Source of the DNA: an uncultured Hymenobacter sp.
GTDB lineage: Bacteria > Bacteroidota > Bacteroidia > Cytophagales > Hymenobacteraceae
Length of the DNA: 64,000 bases
Direction of reading: 5' to 3'
Assembly: GCA_964243255.1 (NCBI GenBank)
Contig: CAXTFI010000002.1
Location: forward strand, 3,243 to 67,242
In this document: positions 1-9,716 of the stretch, piece after piece
Layout: the number at the start of each line of letters is the position of its first letter
Position numbering within the stretch: position 1 is the first letter of the stretch
Program-made: the position numbers and the translations under genes
Notes under the pieces: model-generated
What the model saw: only the letters and a program-made list of their open reading frames with translations
Told to the model about the DNA's origin: nothing
Databases searched by the model: none

Positions 1-139
1 CGCTCATGCACGTGCACGCCTCACTGAAGCGCCAAACTACGTGCACAGTATCATCGCCACTAGGACTGCACTAGTCAGTTCAGCAGTATCAGCAAGGAGG
101 ACGACAGAGTATTTTAGCGTAAAATATTACAGTGCGCTC

Positions 140-170
140 TTGCATTCTAACGTGCTGGTTGCTATATTAT
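140..170 (+). promoter_or_regulatory. Putative promoter for the downstream structured element
   Basis: TTGCAT (140-145), a 17-bp spacer and TATATT (163-168). The predicted start (~173-175) coincides with the first base of the closing stem at 174. Confidence 0.5.
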
Positions 171-173
171 AGA

Positions 174-599
174 TGAGGGCCGGTTGTAGACGACCCCTCT
201 CACTGGTTTTTTCGCAGGGTTTGTACCGGACAACAACCCTGAGCCGTTGCCTGACTAGCTCCTGAGCTGGTCAGTGTCTCACTAACTCCACGTGTTAGTA
301 GCGAGGGGCTGATTGAGAGCAACGTTCTTCTATGACTTGTAACGACTCTCACTTGCACTCCAGCGACACATCGTCGCTGCAGGCAGGGGCAGCGAAAACA
401 ACTTAGTCTCCCAAGGGGGCGGGGGGCTGACTTGTTTAGACAGCAGACGACTACAGACGTCGACGATGATAGACAGCCGTCTTCGACTAGGGATGAGCAC
501 TCACAACGAATACGCTCTGCGTCGACATTAGGGAGTACTCATCCCTAGTCGGATAGAAGAGCATACACGAGCGCATCAAGTCCCTGAACGACGTCCTCA
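174..599 (+). ncRNA. Candidate large structured non-coding RNA, family unknown
   Basis: No ORF of 60 aa or more. The 5' end TGAGGGC-cg-GTTGT (174-187) pairs with ACGACGTCCTCA (588-599). Internal stems at 215-241, 251-274, 281-299, 314-351, 361-379, 403-430 and 482-553. G-U pairs mostly favour the + strand. Confidence 0.6.
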
Positions 600-631
600 G
601 AAATCAGCCATGAACTACATCGACGCGCTTA

Positions 632-1530
632 CTACACGGCCTCCGCATACTGGTTCACGCGCTCAACCATCAATACGGCCTCGCTCGCCTGGGCCTGGTT
701 GAAGACGCCGAGCAGGCTGTGGGCCGACACCTCTGTGAACGGCGATTCAAATAACTTCTGCGTCTTCAGGAAGCCGTTGATGCCCAGGTACTGCACGATG
801 AATGAGGTTGAGGAAGCGAGACAGGAGATGAGGTTGACGACCTCCGACACATCGATGTCGGTGTCGAGCATATCGACCGACACGGCAATGTGAGACGTGC
901 TGTCCCGGTCCAAAAACTTCTTGAGCAGGTCGTGGGCATAGGTCTCGTAGTTGTCGATGACCTTGCAGTACTCGCCCTTGTACTGCGAGCACTGAGCGTT
1001 GAAGAGTTCCTAGATGAACTTGGCGTGGGCGTGATTGCGAGCGAAGACGATGGTTTTGCCAATGCGGTCGCCGGCCACCTTCACCCCGTGCGTCATCAGG
1101 TAGGCTAGCACCTGGTTGACGGTGCCTTCGTTGAAAGGTCCTTGTACTTGATGCAATGGCAGTGAAACTTCAGCAGCACCGACACGCGCAGCAGCGGCAC
1201 CTGGTAGCCGTCGCTCACGGCCCGGTTGAGTTCATAGGCAAACGTGGGCACGCCTAGTTCCAACCCGAACAGGTGGTAGGTGTCGCGGTAGCCCTCGGCG
1301 CGGGGGTAGCGGTAAGGCCCGCCCGGTAACCATCGAAGTACTCGAAAATGCCCTCTAGCGGTTGTAGACCGAGCGGTGAATCTCGTCGAAAATACTATCT
1401 GCGCCCGGCCGTGTTCCTTGTCGCGGGTGAGGTTAGCAGCCGGTAGGTTGGTTAGGCTCGTAGTCAGCGCGTTCTTAGCTTGGTTGATAAGAATGTTATG
1501 GTCGACCAGGAACAGGACGCGCTCTACCTT
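632..1530 (-). pseudogene. hsdR: Type I restriction enzyme R subunit remnant (multiple deletions, frameshifts and stops)
   Basis: Across frames: VERVLFLVD..., FDEIHRSVYNR* (DExH), [56 protein letters not shown], and C-terminal LFESPFTE. Only ~0.9 kb remains. Confidence 0.85.
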
Positions 1531-1633
1531 TGTGGGCTCCACAGGTTGCACGCATCTGACTGGCACAGGTGCTGCCCTAGCTCGAGAGTCTCTAATCCCA
1601 TCAACTTCAAAAACAGGTAAAAGAAATGCTAGC

Positions 1634-2773
1634 TCAGCTGGCAGGCTGAGTAGCATCTACAGCAGCTGCCATCACGACCCACGGCGGAAGTTTCTCTTGT
1701 TCCAGGCGGGCGTTCGTGCGCAATAATTCCTGGTACAGTGCCTGCTCGTCGGCGGTGAGGTCAACTAAGACTTGCGCCACAAAGCCAGACCCGCGCCCGT
1801 CACCATAATAGCGCCGAAACGTGGCTGCGTCCATCAGTAGCGACTGCACTGCGGGGTAGTGCGTCCGCAACTGGGCCAGTATCTGAAAACCATGCACGTC
1901 AATATCACCCCAGTAAAAAAGCTCCTTTTCGGTTAGCCAAGCGGTGCTAGCCAGCAGCCGCACGGCAAAGCCACCACCCCAAATGGTCAGGCTATCTTCG
2001 CGCAGCGGAAACGAGAGAAACGACGTGAGATTCTCGATAATAAATACGCACCGGCCGGCCAGCTGCAGCTGCCTGAACTCGCTAGCCCACACGCTTAGTT
2101 GCGATAGGGCCGGATGCAGCCGCAGTCTCTCATCCAGGAAGCGGACTTTAATAGCTGGCTCTTCCAACAGCAAGTGGAACCGCCGAAAAAAATCGTCTTC
2201 CTCCGGCCGGATGTGCTCCGCAATCAGGAAGTTGAGCAGCGGGCGCAGGGCCGCCTGGTGCTGCTCCACAAACTTGGTGGGCAGGCCCAGCGGCAGGTTG
2301 CGCACGTACTCGTTGGGCTGCGGATGTTGCTGGAAGTAAGCGCACACCGTTAGTAAAGCGGGCCAGTCGGCCGCGTTATCCAGTAGCAGCCGGGGTAGGG
2401 CGGGCAACGGTAGCAGCGCAGGCACGGTGGCGGTTGTCACGGCTACATTAGCCTCGAAGGCGGCAAACGCAGCTGCCATGTCGGTAAAAGTGAGATAATC
2501 GGCCCGCGTCTCAAATTCGATGCGGGTTATTTCGCTCTGCCGGGTTTTAGGATTAAGCTTGAGCGTGAGCGAATATCCATGCCCGGTGCGCTGCTTGGAG
2601 TGAGCCACCAACTCGGCCTGCTGGGCATAAATGTGCGCGTGGCCCTGGCTGCGGTCGAGGGCCTTGCTGGCCCGCACGGGCAGCGGAAACAAATTTTCGC
2701 CCGCCAGGTGCGCCCGTAGCACACCACCCAGCTGGCGCAGGGCCTTGGCGCGCAGCTCGGGCAGGCTAATCAT
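1634..2773 (-). CDS. jetD: Wadjet JetD TOPRIM nuclease (DUF3322 + DUF2220)
   Basis: 379 aa with VFIIENLTSF, IWGGGF, YWGDIDVHGFQIL and RLEQEKLP motifs; overlaps the jetC stop. Confidence 0.9.
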   Translation of the reverse strand: MISLPELRAKALRQLGGVLRAHLAGENLFPLPVRASKALDRSQGHAHIYAQQAELVAHSKQRTGHGYSLTLKLNPKTRQSEITRIEFETRADYLTFTDMAAAFAAFEANVAVTTATVPALLPLPALPRLLLDNAADWPALLTVCAYFQQHPQPNEYVRNLPLGLPTKFVEQHQAALRPLLNFLIAEHIRPEEDDFFRRFHLLLEEPAIKVRFLDERLRLHPALSQLSVWASEFRQLQLAGRCVFIIENLTSFLSFPLREDSLTIWGGGFAVRLLASTAWLTEKELFYWGDIDVHGFQILAQLRTHYPAVQSLLMDAATFRRYYGDGRGSGFVAQVLVDLTADEQALYQELLRTNARLEQEKLPPWVVMAAAVDATQPAS

Positions 2774-5700
2774 AGGCGGCAGCTTCTTCGGCTTCCGACT
2801 CGGCCAGCAGCGCCTCCTTGCGCTCGGCGTAGCGCCCGATAGGAATGTCCACCACCATCGACTTGCGCGTGTCGGGCTTGCCCTTGGTCACCCAGTGAAT
2901 GACTTCCACGTCCTTTTCCAGCAAATGCAGCGACGTGAGCGGCGTCACCACCATCAACTGCAAGCCCAGGCGGCGGCAGAAGTTGAGCAGGTACTTCGAC
3001 TTGTCCTCGTCGAGCTTGCTGAACGCCTCGTCAATCACGATAAACCGGAACGAGCGGGCTGCCGGCGCATCGCGCCGCCCAATGCCGAACTGGTGCGCAA
3101 TGGCCGCGCCCAGCACTGTGTAGGCCAGCTGCGCGCCCTCGCCGCCCGAGAGGCTGCCCGAGTTTTCGTACACCTGCTTCAGCTGCTTGTCTTCGCGGTA
3201 ATACTCGCGGGCCTTGAACGTCGACCACTTGCGCACATCGGTCACTTCCTGCCGCCACTTCTCGTTTTCCTTGGCTTGCAGCTCGGCGATGAAGGGCTGC
3301 ACGTGCGCCACGAAATGCGCCATTTCGGCTTCCTTCGGGTCGGGGGCCAGGACCAGCAGCGTGAGGTCGGGGCGCCAGCTGTGCAGCTGCTCCTCGCGGA
3401 AGGTGCGGATGCGCGGCACCCGCGAGTCGCTGCGCACCAACTCGATGTAGGTGTGCGGGTTGAGGTTGAAATCGATGTCGCGCAGCGACTTATTAATTTC
3501 AGTTATGGTGTCGCAAATGGCTTCATGCTGCGTTTCCAGCGACTGGCAGTAGTCGGTCAGGGCCTTGGTCACGCCCCGGTTAAACTCGTCGCGGAAGCGG
3601 GCTTCCAGCTCGGCCAGCTGCTCGGTGCGGATTTGCTCGTAGCGGTCGAGGTACTCCGGCAGCTGGTCCAGCTCGTTGCGCAGCTCGCGGGTGTCGCTGT
3701 TCCAGTCGGCAAACTTGCTCAGCACCTCCTCACCCGGCAGCAGAAAGCCCCGCATGGCCGCCCGAATGTCCTTTTCCTGCCCCTCCTTGTCGCGGTGCAG
3801 GGCGGCCAGCTGCTGCGCCACCGTGCGTTCCAGCTGCTGCTTTTGCACCAGAAACTGCGCGTAGGTCAGCACCGCCCGCACGGGCTCCGTCAGGTCGGCC
3901 AAGCCGGCGGTGGGCGGGCCTAGGTCGGCCGCGTCGAAGGTTGCAAGCAAGTGTTGCTGCGCCTGCATTTCGTCGGCCAATATCTTGAGCATTTTCTCCG
4001 TGTCCTTGAACTCGTCGCGGGTGCGCTCCCGCGCTTCATCCAGCTTTTTAAGGATTTGCCTGAGCGCGGCCAGCTGCTCTTTCAGGGTTTTGAGGGAGGC
4101 GTTTTCGCTTTCCAGCGCCTCCTTTTGCGCGGCCAGCTGCGTGATGGCCTGTACGTCGGCCTGCCAGTCCAGCTTCGGAAATTGCTGGAATAACAGAAAC
4201 GCATCCAAATCCTTTTCGCGGGCTGCGGCGCGAGCCACTTCCTTGTCCAGGCGCTGCAACTGGCTGTCCGCTTGGCTGATGGCGGTGCTCAGCTCGCGGC
4301 CCCGGCGCTGGTAGTCGCGCAGCAGCTCCCGGTTGTCCCAGCCCAGAATGTGGCGGTGGGCGGCCGAGTCGTCGCGCTCGTGCCGGTTTCTGTTGCGCGT
4401 CAGGCCCGAGGGCAGCAGCGTCTTTTCGGCCCGCTCGAAGGTGGCAAAATCCTCGGTGCACACGTAGCCGAACCGCGTCGCCACGGCGTTTTCCACCCAG
4501 TCGGCGTAGGGGCTCTTGGGATTAAAATCGAGCTTGGCCACCACCATGCGCGCATCCGGGAAAATCGGGCGCGGCGCCTTCCCATCCACTCGGTGAAACA
4601 CGACTTTGCCGCGCAGGTCGCGCTGCTGGTGCACGTGCGCCCGCACCGCCGCGTACAGGCGCTCGGGCACCAGCAGGTCGCGCCCGAAGCTGTGCAGTAG
4701 CTTTTCGAGTGCCTCGTTCCACACGGCCTTTTCCGCCGGTTTTACCTGCATGATTTCGGCCGCAAACGGGATGTCGGCCGCACTCGCGCCCACGGCGTCC
4801 AGGATTTCCTGCCGGATGTCGGCCACCCGGCCCGTCAAGTTACCGGTGCTGTTTTGCAGCTGGGTCACCTCCGCGTTTAGCTGGTCGTGGGCCGCCTGCT
4901 GGGCGTCGCGGGTGGTGCGGGCAGTGTACTTCTGCTCGTCCAGCTGCTGCCGCAGCGCCCGCGTGGCCAGCAGCGCGCTCCTCGCCTGCGCGATGTTGGC
5001 CTCAAAAAGGCCTGCGTCGGGGTCGGGCACCAGGGCCAGCTGCCGGGCCAGGCGGTTGTAGTTTTTTAGCTCGTTTTCCTTGTCCTTTTTGCTTTTCTCG
5101 AGGCTAGTAATCTGGCGTTCAAGCTCCTTGATTTCGCGGCCAATCTGGTCGTTGTCAATTTGCCCGGCCAGGCGCACGCGCTGCTCGTCGGCCGCTTCGT
5201 AGTCGGTTTCCTGCTGTGCCAGCACACCTTCGAGGCGGGTCAGCTCCCGGTCGAGGCGGGCGGTTTCGGCCGCCCAGAGCCGGATTTGCTGCTGGGCAAA
5301 CCACGGCTCTAGCCGCCGCTGGTGCTCCCTGGTGTCGCGCAACTGCTTCTGCAAGCCAGCGTAGGTGTGGCTGAGGTCGTAGACCGGGCGCAGCAGCGCG
5401 AGCTGGGTTTTGGCCTTTTCCAGCGCCCGGTACGATACCAGTAGGGTCTGGTAGTTAGCCATCAGCTTGGCGAACTCGGCTTCGGCCGTGCTTTCCTCTA
5501 GCATATTCGTCCGAATGAAGTCGTCCAAATCACCGATGACCTTCATGCCCACCGTTTGGTTGAAGAGCGTCAGGGCCTTGTCCTTCATCCCAAACAGCCG
5601 CTGAAACGCCGCCGCGTACTTCGGAAACGCGTCGAAATCCTCCACCACGCCGGCCGCAAACTGCCGCTTCAAGGTGTTCACCCACTGCGTATTGGTGCCG

Positions 5701-6200
5701 AAGCAAATGTGTTCGGCAATGCTGAGCTCGGCCTTGGCCACCAGGTAGCGGCGCTGCATCCCCGCGCCGCTGAACCACCGCACCTGCACCAGCGTGACGG
5801 GCAGGCTCTGCGAGTTGGTGAACACGCCGAGTAGTATCGAATAGGTTTGCGCCCGGTTGGGCCGCAGCTTTTCGGGCTTGGTGTTCTGCTTTTCCTCGTC
5901 CTGCGTGCGGCTGTAGTGGCCTTCCACGTACGATTCTTCGCCGCGCCCGCTCCGGCTCTCAGCCCCCGACGACTGGTTGAAAAACCGCTTCGCCGGGTTC
6001 ACCAGCAGCGCCAGCAGGCCGTCCACGAGGGTGGTTTTGCCCGAGCCGTTGCTGCCCGTCAGCAGCGTGTTCTGGCCGTCGGGCACCAGCCGCCAGATGT
6101 CCTGCCCGCTGCCCTCGTGAAACGTGCCCCAGTTGAACACCTCTAGCGCCTTGAGCCGGTAGCCCGCCGGCCCGGCCGTCGCATCAAACAGATTCAGCAT
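2766..6200 (-). CDS. jetC: Wadjet JetC SMC-family ATPase
   Basis: 1144 aa with LEVFNWGTF, Walker A GSNGSGKTT, long coiled coils, signature LSGGE and Walker B FIVIDEAFSKLD. Confidence 0.92.
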   Translation of the reverse strand: MLNLFDATAGPAGYRLKALEVFNWGTFHEGSGQDIWRLVPDGQNTLLTGSNGSGKTTLVDGLLALLVNPAKRFFNQSSGAESRSGRGEESYVEGHYSRTQDEEKQNTKPEKLRPNRAQTYSILLGVFTNSQSLPVTLVQVRWFSGAGMQRRYLVAKAELSIAEHICFGTNTQWVNTLKRQFAAGVVEDFDAFPKYAAAFQRLFGMKDKALTLFNQTVGMKVIGDLDDFIRTNMLEESTAEAEFAKLMANYQTLLVSYRALEKAKTQLALLRPVYDLSHTYAGLQKQLRDTREHQRRLEPWFAQQQIRLWAAETARLDRELTRLEGVLAQQETDYEAADEQRVRLAGQIDNDQIGREIKELERQITSLEKSKKDKENELKNYNRLARQLALVPDPDAGLFEANIAQARSALLATRALRQQLDEQKYTARTTRDAQQAAHDQLNAEVTQLQNSTGNLTGRVADIRQEILDAVGASAADIPFAAEIMQVKPAEKAVWNEALEKLLHSFGRDLLVPERLYAAVRAHVHQQRDLRGKVVFHRVDGKAPRPIFPDARMVVAKLDFNPKSPYADWVENAVATRFGYVCTEDFATFERAEKTLLPSGLTRNRNRHERDDSAAHRHILGWDNRELLRDYQRRGRELSTAISQADSQLQRLDKEVARAAAREKDLDAFLLFQQFPKLDWQADVQAITQLAAQKEALESENASLKTLKEQLAALRQILKKLDEARERTRDEFKDTEKMLKILADEMQAQQHLLATFDAADLGPPTAGLADLTEPVRAVLTYAQFLVQKQQLERTVAQQLAALHRDKEGQEKDIRAAMRGFLLPGEEVLSKFADWNSDTRELRNELDQLPEYLDRYEQIRTEQLAELEARFRDEFNRGVTKALTDYCQSLETQHEAICDTITEINKSLRDIDFNLNPHTYIELVRSDSRVPRIRTFREEQLHSWRPDLTLLVLAPDPKEAEMAHFVAHVQPFIAELQAKENEKWRQEVTDVRKWSTFKAREYYREDKQLKQVYENSGSLSGGEGAQLAYTVLGAAIAHQFGIGRRDAPAARSFRFIVIDEAFSKLDEDKSKYLLNFCRRLGLQLMVVTPLTSLHLLEKDVEVIHWVTKGKPDTRKSMVVDIPIGRYAERKEALLAESEAEEAAAYD

Positions 6201-6716
6201 GAGTACGCAGTTTTTCGAGGAATTCGCCGAGTTTTTCTAGGCTGATTTTGGCCTTCAGCAAAGGCTTCACTTCGTAGCGCGTCTGGTCGGGGTTGAGGTC
6301 GTCTTTGCTGACGATTTTCAGCAAGCCGTTCTCCGTCAGACGCTCAATGAGGACATCCAGCTTTTCTAGCAATCCTTGTGGTTGGCCTGCTGCCGGAAAA
6401 ACAGCTCTATCCGCTCGCGCAGCTGCTCGCGGGTAGCATACAGGCGCGGGCTGGCGGCGTGGGCGCTGCTTTCGTGCTCCTCCAGCCACTCGCGCAGCAC
6501 TACGCACAGCAGGGCCTGCTCGTAGCTCAGCGGCACCCGGCGCAGCAGGCGCAGGGGCGGAGCCGGGTCGTCTTCGGCGGGCTCAGGCTGGGTGAGGCGA
6601 GCGTAGCCCTCAGCCCGGTTCAGGTCGAGCACGATGCCTAGCTGCGCGAAGTGCGCCCGCACGGCTGCCTCGTGCCCCTCCAGCTGCTGCCAGTAGGAGC
6701 GGTCGTTGAGGTCGCA
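6184..6716 (-). pseudogene. jetB: Wadjet JetB (DUF4194); N-terminus deleted and fused to jetA, with a frameshift at ~6375
   Basis: WQQLEGHEAAVRAHFAQLGIVLDLNRAEGYA...LSYEQALLCVVLRE lies in the 6366-7592 frame. The C-terminus LLEKLDVLIERL...YEVKPLLKAKI is in another frame ending at 6184. Confidence 0.8.
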
Positions 6717-7598
6717 GAGGGCGTGGGCGGCCACCACCTGGCGCAGCGTTACCTGGCTGTGGGTGCGCAGCAGGGCATTGATATTGGCCATGAGGGCGGC
6801 CTTGTCCACCACGCGGGTGCTCACCAGGGCCGTTAGCTTGGGCTCTGCCGGCTGCACCACGCTTAGCACACGGGGCACAATGGCGCTTTCGCGCTCCTTC
6901 AGCGCCACCGTGCTTTCGGTGCCGAGGTAGTCGGCGCGGCCTTCCAACTCCAGAAAAGCCGGGTCTTTGGGCGGGTCGCCCATCACCTCAAAAGCCAGCG
7001 CCCGAATGTCGTTGATAAGCAGCTGCGACTTGCGGCGGTCGCGCAGGCTCTTCTCCGACAAAATCTTCTCCAACTTGCGGGCCAGCGCGTAAAACGAGTC
7101 GTTCACTTTGCGGCCCTCGCCGTGCAGATACACCCGGATTTTGCGTAGAAACTCGTCGCCGGTCGTCAGGCCCCGGTCGTGCAGCAGCTCAAATACCTGG
7201 CGCACCAGCGCATCTAGTTCGGCTCGCTGCCGAGGGTCGTTGAGATGCCGGTAGAAGGCCTCGAAACTGCAGCCCTGATTAGTAAGGCGCAACTCATCCA
7301 GTGCATCGAGGGCCAGGCCCAACAGGCCGCCCTTGGTGTGGTTGGCGGTAGACTGCTGCTCGTAAATGCGCTGGGTAATGTCCCGGAAATTGCCCTCCAC
7401 TTCCCGGAAATCGCGCAGCAGGCCCCACGCCGCGCCGCTCACCGTCTGGTAGCGCTCCTCAATCTCGTAGTCTTCGTAAGTCCGCGCGGTTTTAGTCAGC
7501 TTCAACTCCCGAATCTGGGCGTCGAGAGCGCTGCGCTGCTTTTCCAGCTCGGCTAGCCGGGCCTGCCAGTCGTCGGCCGAGTTTTGCACCAACTCGCT
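6717..7598 (-). pseudogene. jetA: Wadjet JetA (DUF3375), lacking N- and C-termini
   Basis: Starts mid-protein at ELVQNSADDWQARLAELEKQR; contains LLRDFREVEGNFR and NQGCSFEAFY; runs directly into JetB sequence after QVTLRQVVAAH. Confidence 0.8.
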
Positions 7599-7745
7599 TA
7601 CGGCCTTATACTACCAACTTGGCTAAGTTTATTGGTAGCTGCTTTCTGTTATTATTGCTGCTGCAAGTATACTGCGCACTTAGTCAAAGACTTTTCAGCA
7701 CAAGAACTCGACCTGTAAAATAAGTTGTGGTCCGCTACCTAATTT

Positions 7746-9080
7746 ATGGAAGTAGATAGTCATTTTTATGATGAATTTCGCCGACAAGGCAAGCTGCTAA
7801 TGCCTGACCGGCCGGTACTGCTGGCCTTACTAAAACTCTACACTTGGCTTGCTACCGCAGGGGCCGACTTTTTTACGGAAGACCAGTTGCGGAATGCCTT
7901 GAAAGCCGGTGAGGCAGATTCTCCCGATACAGAGCACAATCCGCTTTACACGCCGTGGCAGCGGCATACCCTGACGGTACGGGAGCTGCAGGTGTATTGG
8001 CTACTGCGGGGCGTGGAATCAGGTACGACAGCGACTTATCGGTTTAAGCCCCATGCCAGGGCCATCTGCAAGCGCTTGCACTCTACTTTGTTTAGTAAGC
8101 TGGTGGTTAGTCAGGTGGAAGCGGCTTTTCGTCGCCTGCGGGAAGGACTCGGGGAAAGCGAGGAGGACTTTTTGAACTGGGCGCGGGAACTGCTGCCGTT
8201 GGGCCTGGAGGTGGAGCAACAACTGGTAGCCTTGGACAACGACATTGAGGATACAATCCGCCAGTTGCGGCAGCAAACTAGCCAAAGTGAGGAGTCCTTC
8301 CTGGCGGTACTGGACTACGTGAGCGCAACGCTAGATAACCTGTTGCAAAAAGCCGATGAGCTTAACCGCGCCTTCGACCAGGCGGCGGGCCTGGAGCAGG
8401 AGCTGACCCGCATTTACACGGCCAAGCAGTACGAGAGCGAGGCAGTGGACCGGGAGGCGCGGGAAGCCCTGCGCTTTATTCGCCGCGCCCGCCAGCGCCT
8501 CAACGAACTAAGCCTGCGGCTCGATTGGGTGCGGCCCCGCGTGCGGGCAGTATTTGGCAACTTAAAAAAGCTGCGGTTTGACCGCAAAACCGAACAGTTT
8601 TTAGAACGGCTACTGAATGCTGAGCCAGTGACCAAACCTCAACTGCCGGCTGGGGTAGCACTGGCGCGCCTTGTTTACCAGCCTTTGCGCTACGAGCGGG
8701 TGCCCCACGCGGGGCAAGTGCTGCCCGCCGTACCGGTGCCTGCGGCCGTGCGGACTATTAACCAGCGGGCTCAACAAGATTTTAAAGCCAAAACGGAGGA
8801 AATGCTGCGCGTGCGGAGCCGCGTGCAACACTGGCTGGCCCAACTGCGCGCTGAGCTATGGGAGCCCGGTGCCGTGGTTGATTTCAGGGTGTTTGGGCAG
8901 CGCCTCGCCGATGATGAAGGGTCGGTGGCCTACGAAGTATTGGCGCAGGTGCTGGCCACGGTGCGGCGCGAAGATGAGCTTGACCGAAACTGGCAGCTGC
9001 ACGTTACGGCGCAAGAGGAAGAAATTGAAAATGAGTTTGGTACTATCAATTTATGGAAGCTGACGCTGACCAACCCCTAG
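7746..9080 (+). CDS. Putative kleisin subunit (JetA/MksF-like) of a second SMC system
   Basis: 444 aa, helical with a central coiled coil; first gene of a tightly coupled four-gene operon. Assigned mainly by position and size. Confidence 0.55.
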   Translation: MEVDSHFYDEFRRQGKLLMPDRPVLLALLKLYTWLATAGADFFTEDQLRNALKAGEADSPDTEHNPLYTPWQRHTLTVRELQVYWLLRGVESGTTATYRFKPHARAICKRLHSTLFSKLVVSQVEAAFRRLREGLGESEEDFLNWARELLPLGLEVEQQLVALDNDIEDTIRQLRQQTSQSEESFLAVLDYVSATLDNLLQKADELNRAFDQAAGLEQELTRIYTAKQYESEAVDREAREALRFIRRARQRLNELSLRLDWVRPRVRAVFGNLKKLRFDRKTEQFLERLLNAEPVTKPQLPAGVALARLVYQPLRYERVPHAGQVLPAVPVPAAVRTINQRAQQDFKAKTEEMLRVRSRVQHWLAQLRAELWEPGAVVDFRVFGQRLADDEGSVAYEVLAQVLATVRREDELDRNWQLHVTAQEEEIENEFGTINLWKLTLTNP

Positions 9081-9715
9081 GCATTCCTGCCCCGCCCGAT
9101 GCTGCCGCCGGACAAGGGCTTTTTCATGAGCTGGACACGCTGCTGCGGAGCGGGGTGCATGTGCAGGCGGCGCACCCCGAGCAGCAGCACCTCGTGGCAT
9201 ACCTGCGAAAAAATGAGGCGGCGCTGGCTGCGTTCTACCGCGACTGGCACTTGGGGGCGCAGCTTCACCACCGCCATGAGGAGCCTCACCGCTACTACTT
9301 TCTGGAGCCGCCGGCCAGTAGCTGGGCGCAGGCAGGCGCGTCTTTTCAGCGCGAGCTGGAGGCCAAACACATCATCGTGGCGATGCTGCTGTGCAAGGTC
9401 TTCCTCATCGATTTGCAGAAGCCGGAGTTTGAGTCGGTGCCGGCACTGATGTATTTGCTGGAGCGTGAATACGAGGATTACCGCGACGGGCTGTTTCGGA
9501 AGCTTGCACAGGTTATGGACAAGCGCGAAACCCAGCTGGATAGCGAAAACGTGCAGAAGCTGGTGGGGCAATGCCTGTCGTTGTTTAAAGATTTAGGGTG
9601 GCTGTGCCGCACGGCTACCGGCGGCTGGCGGGTACTGCCGGCCCTGGACCGCATCCGCGACCTGTACCAAAATGAAATCAGGGCCATGCCCGACCGTTTT
9701 AAATCTGCTCCTTGA
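9053..9715 (+). CDS. Putative KITE subunit (JetB/MksE-like)
   Basis: 220 aa with a tandem winged-helix-like pattern (L..FY....G..L....YYFL; L..F..LGWL...W.VLPALDRI); second gene of the operon. Confidence 0.65.
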   Translation: MEADADQPLGIPAPPDAAAGQGLFHELDTLLRSGVHVQAAHPEQQHLVAYLRKNEAALAAFYRDWHLGAQLHHRHEEPHRYYFLEPPASSWAQAGASFQRELEAKHIIVAMLLCKVFLIDLQKPEFESVPALMYLLEREYEDYRDGLFRKLAQVMDKRETQLDSENVQKLVGQCLSLFKDLGWLCRTATGGWRVLPALDRIRDLYQNEIRAMPDRFKSAP

Positions 9716-9716
9716 T

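Noticed and set aside
174-599. Firm assignment as a retron msr-msd, DRT ncRNA or IscB omega/HEARO RNA
   Set aside because: No reverse transcriptase or IscB/TnpB is present in the window and no diagnostic sequence was recognised; kept only as an unassigned candidate.
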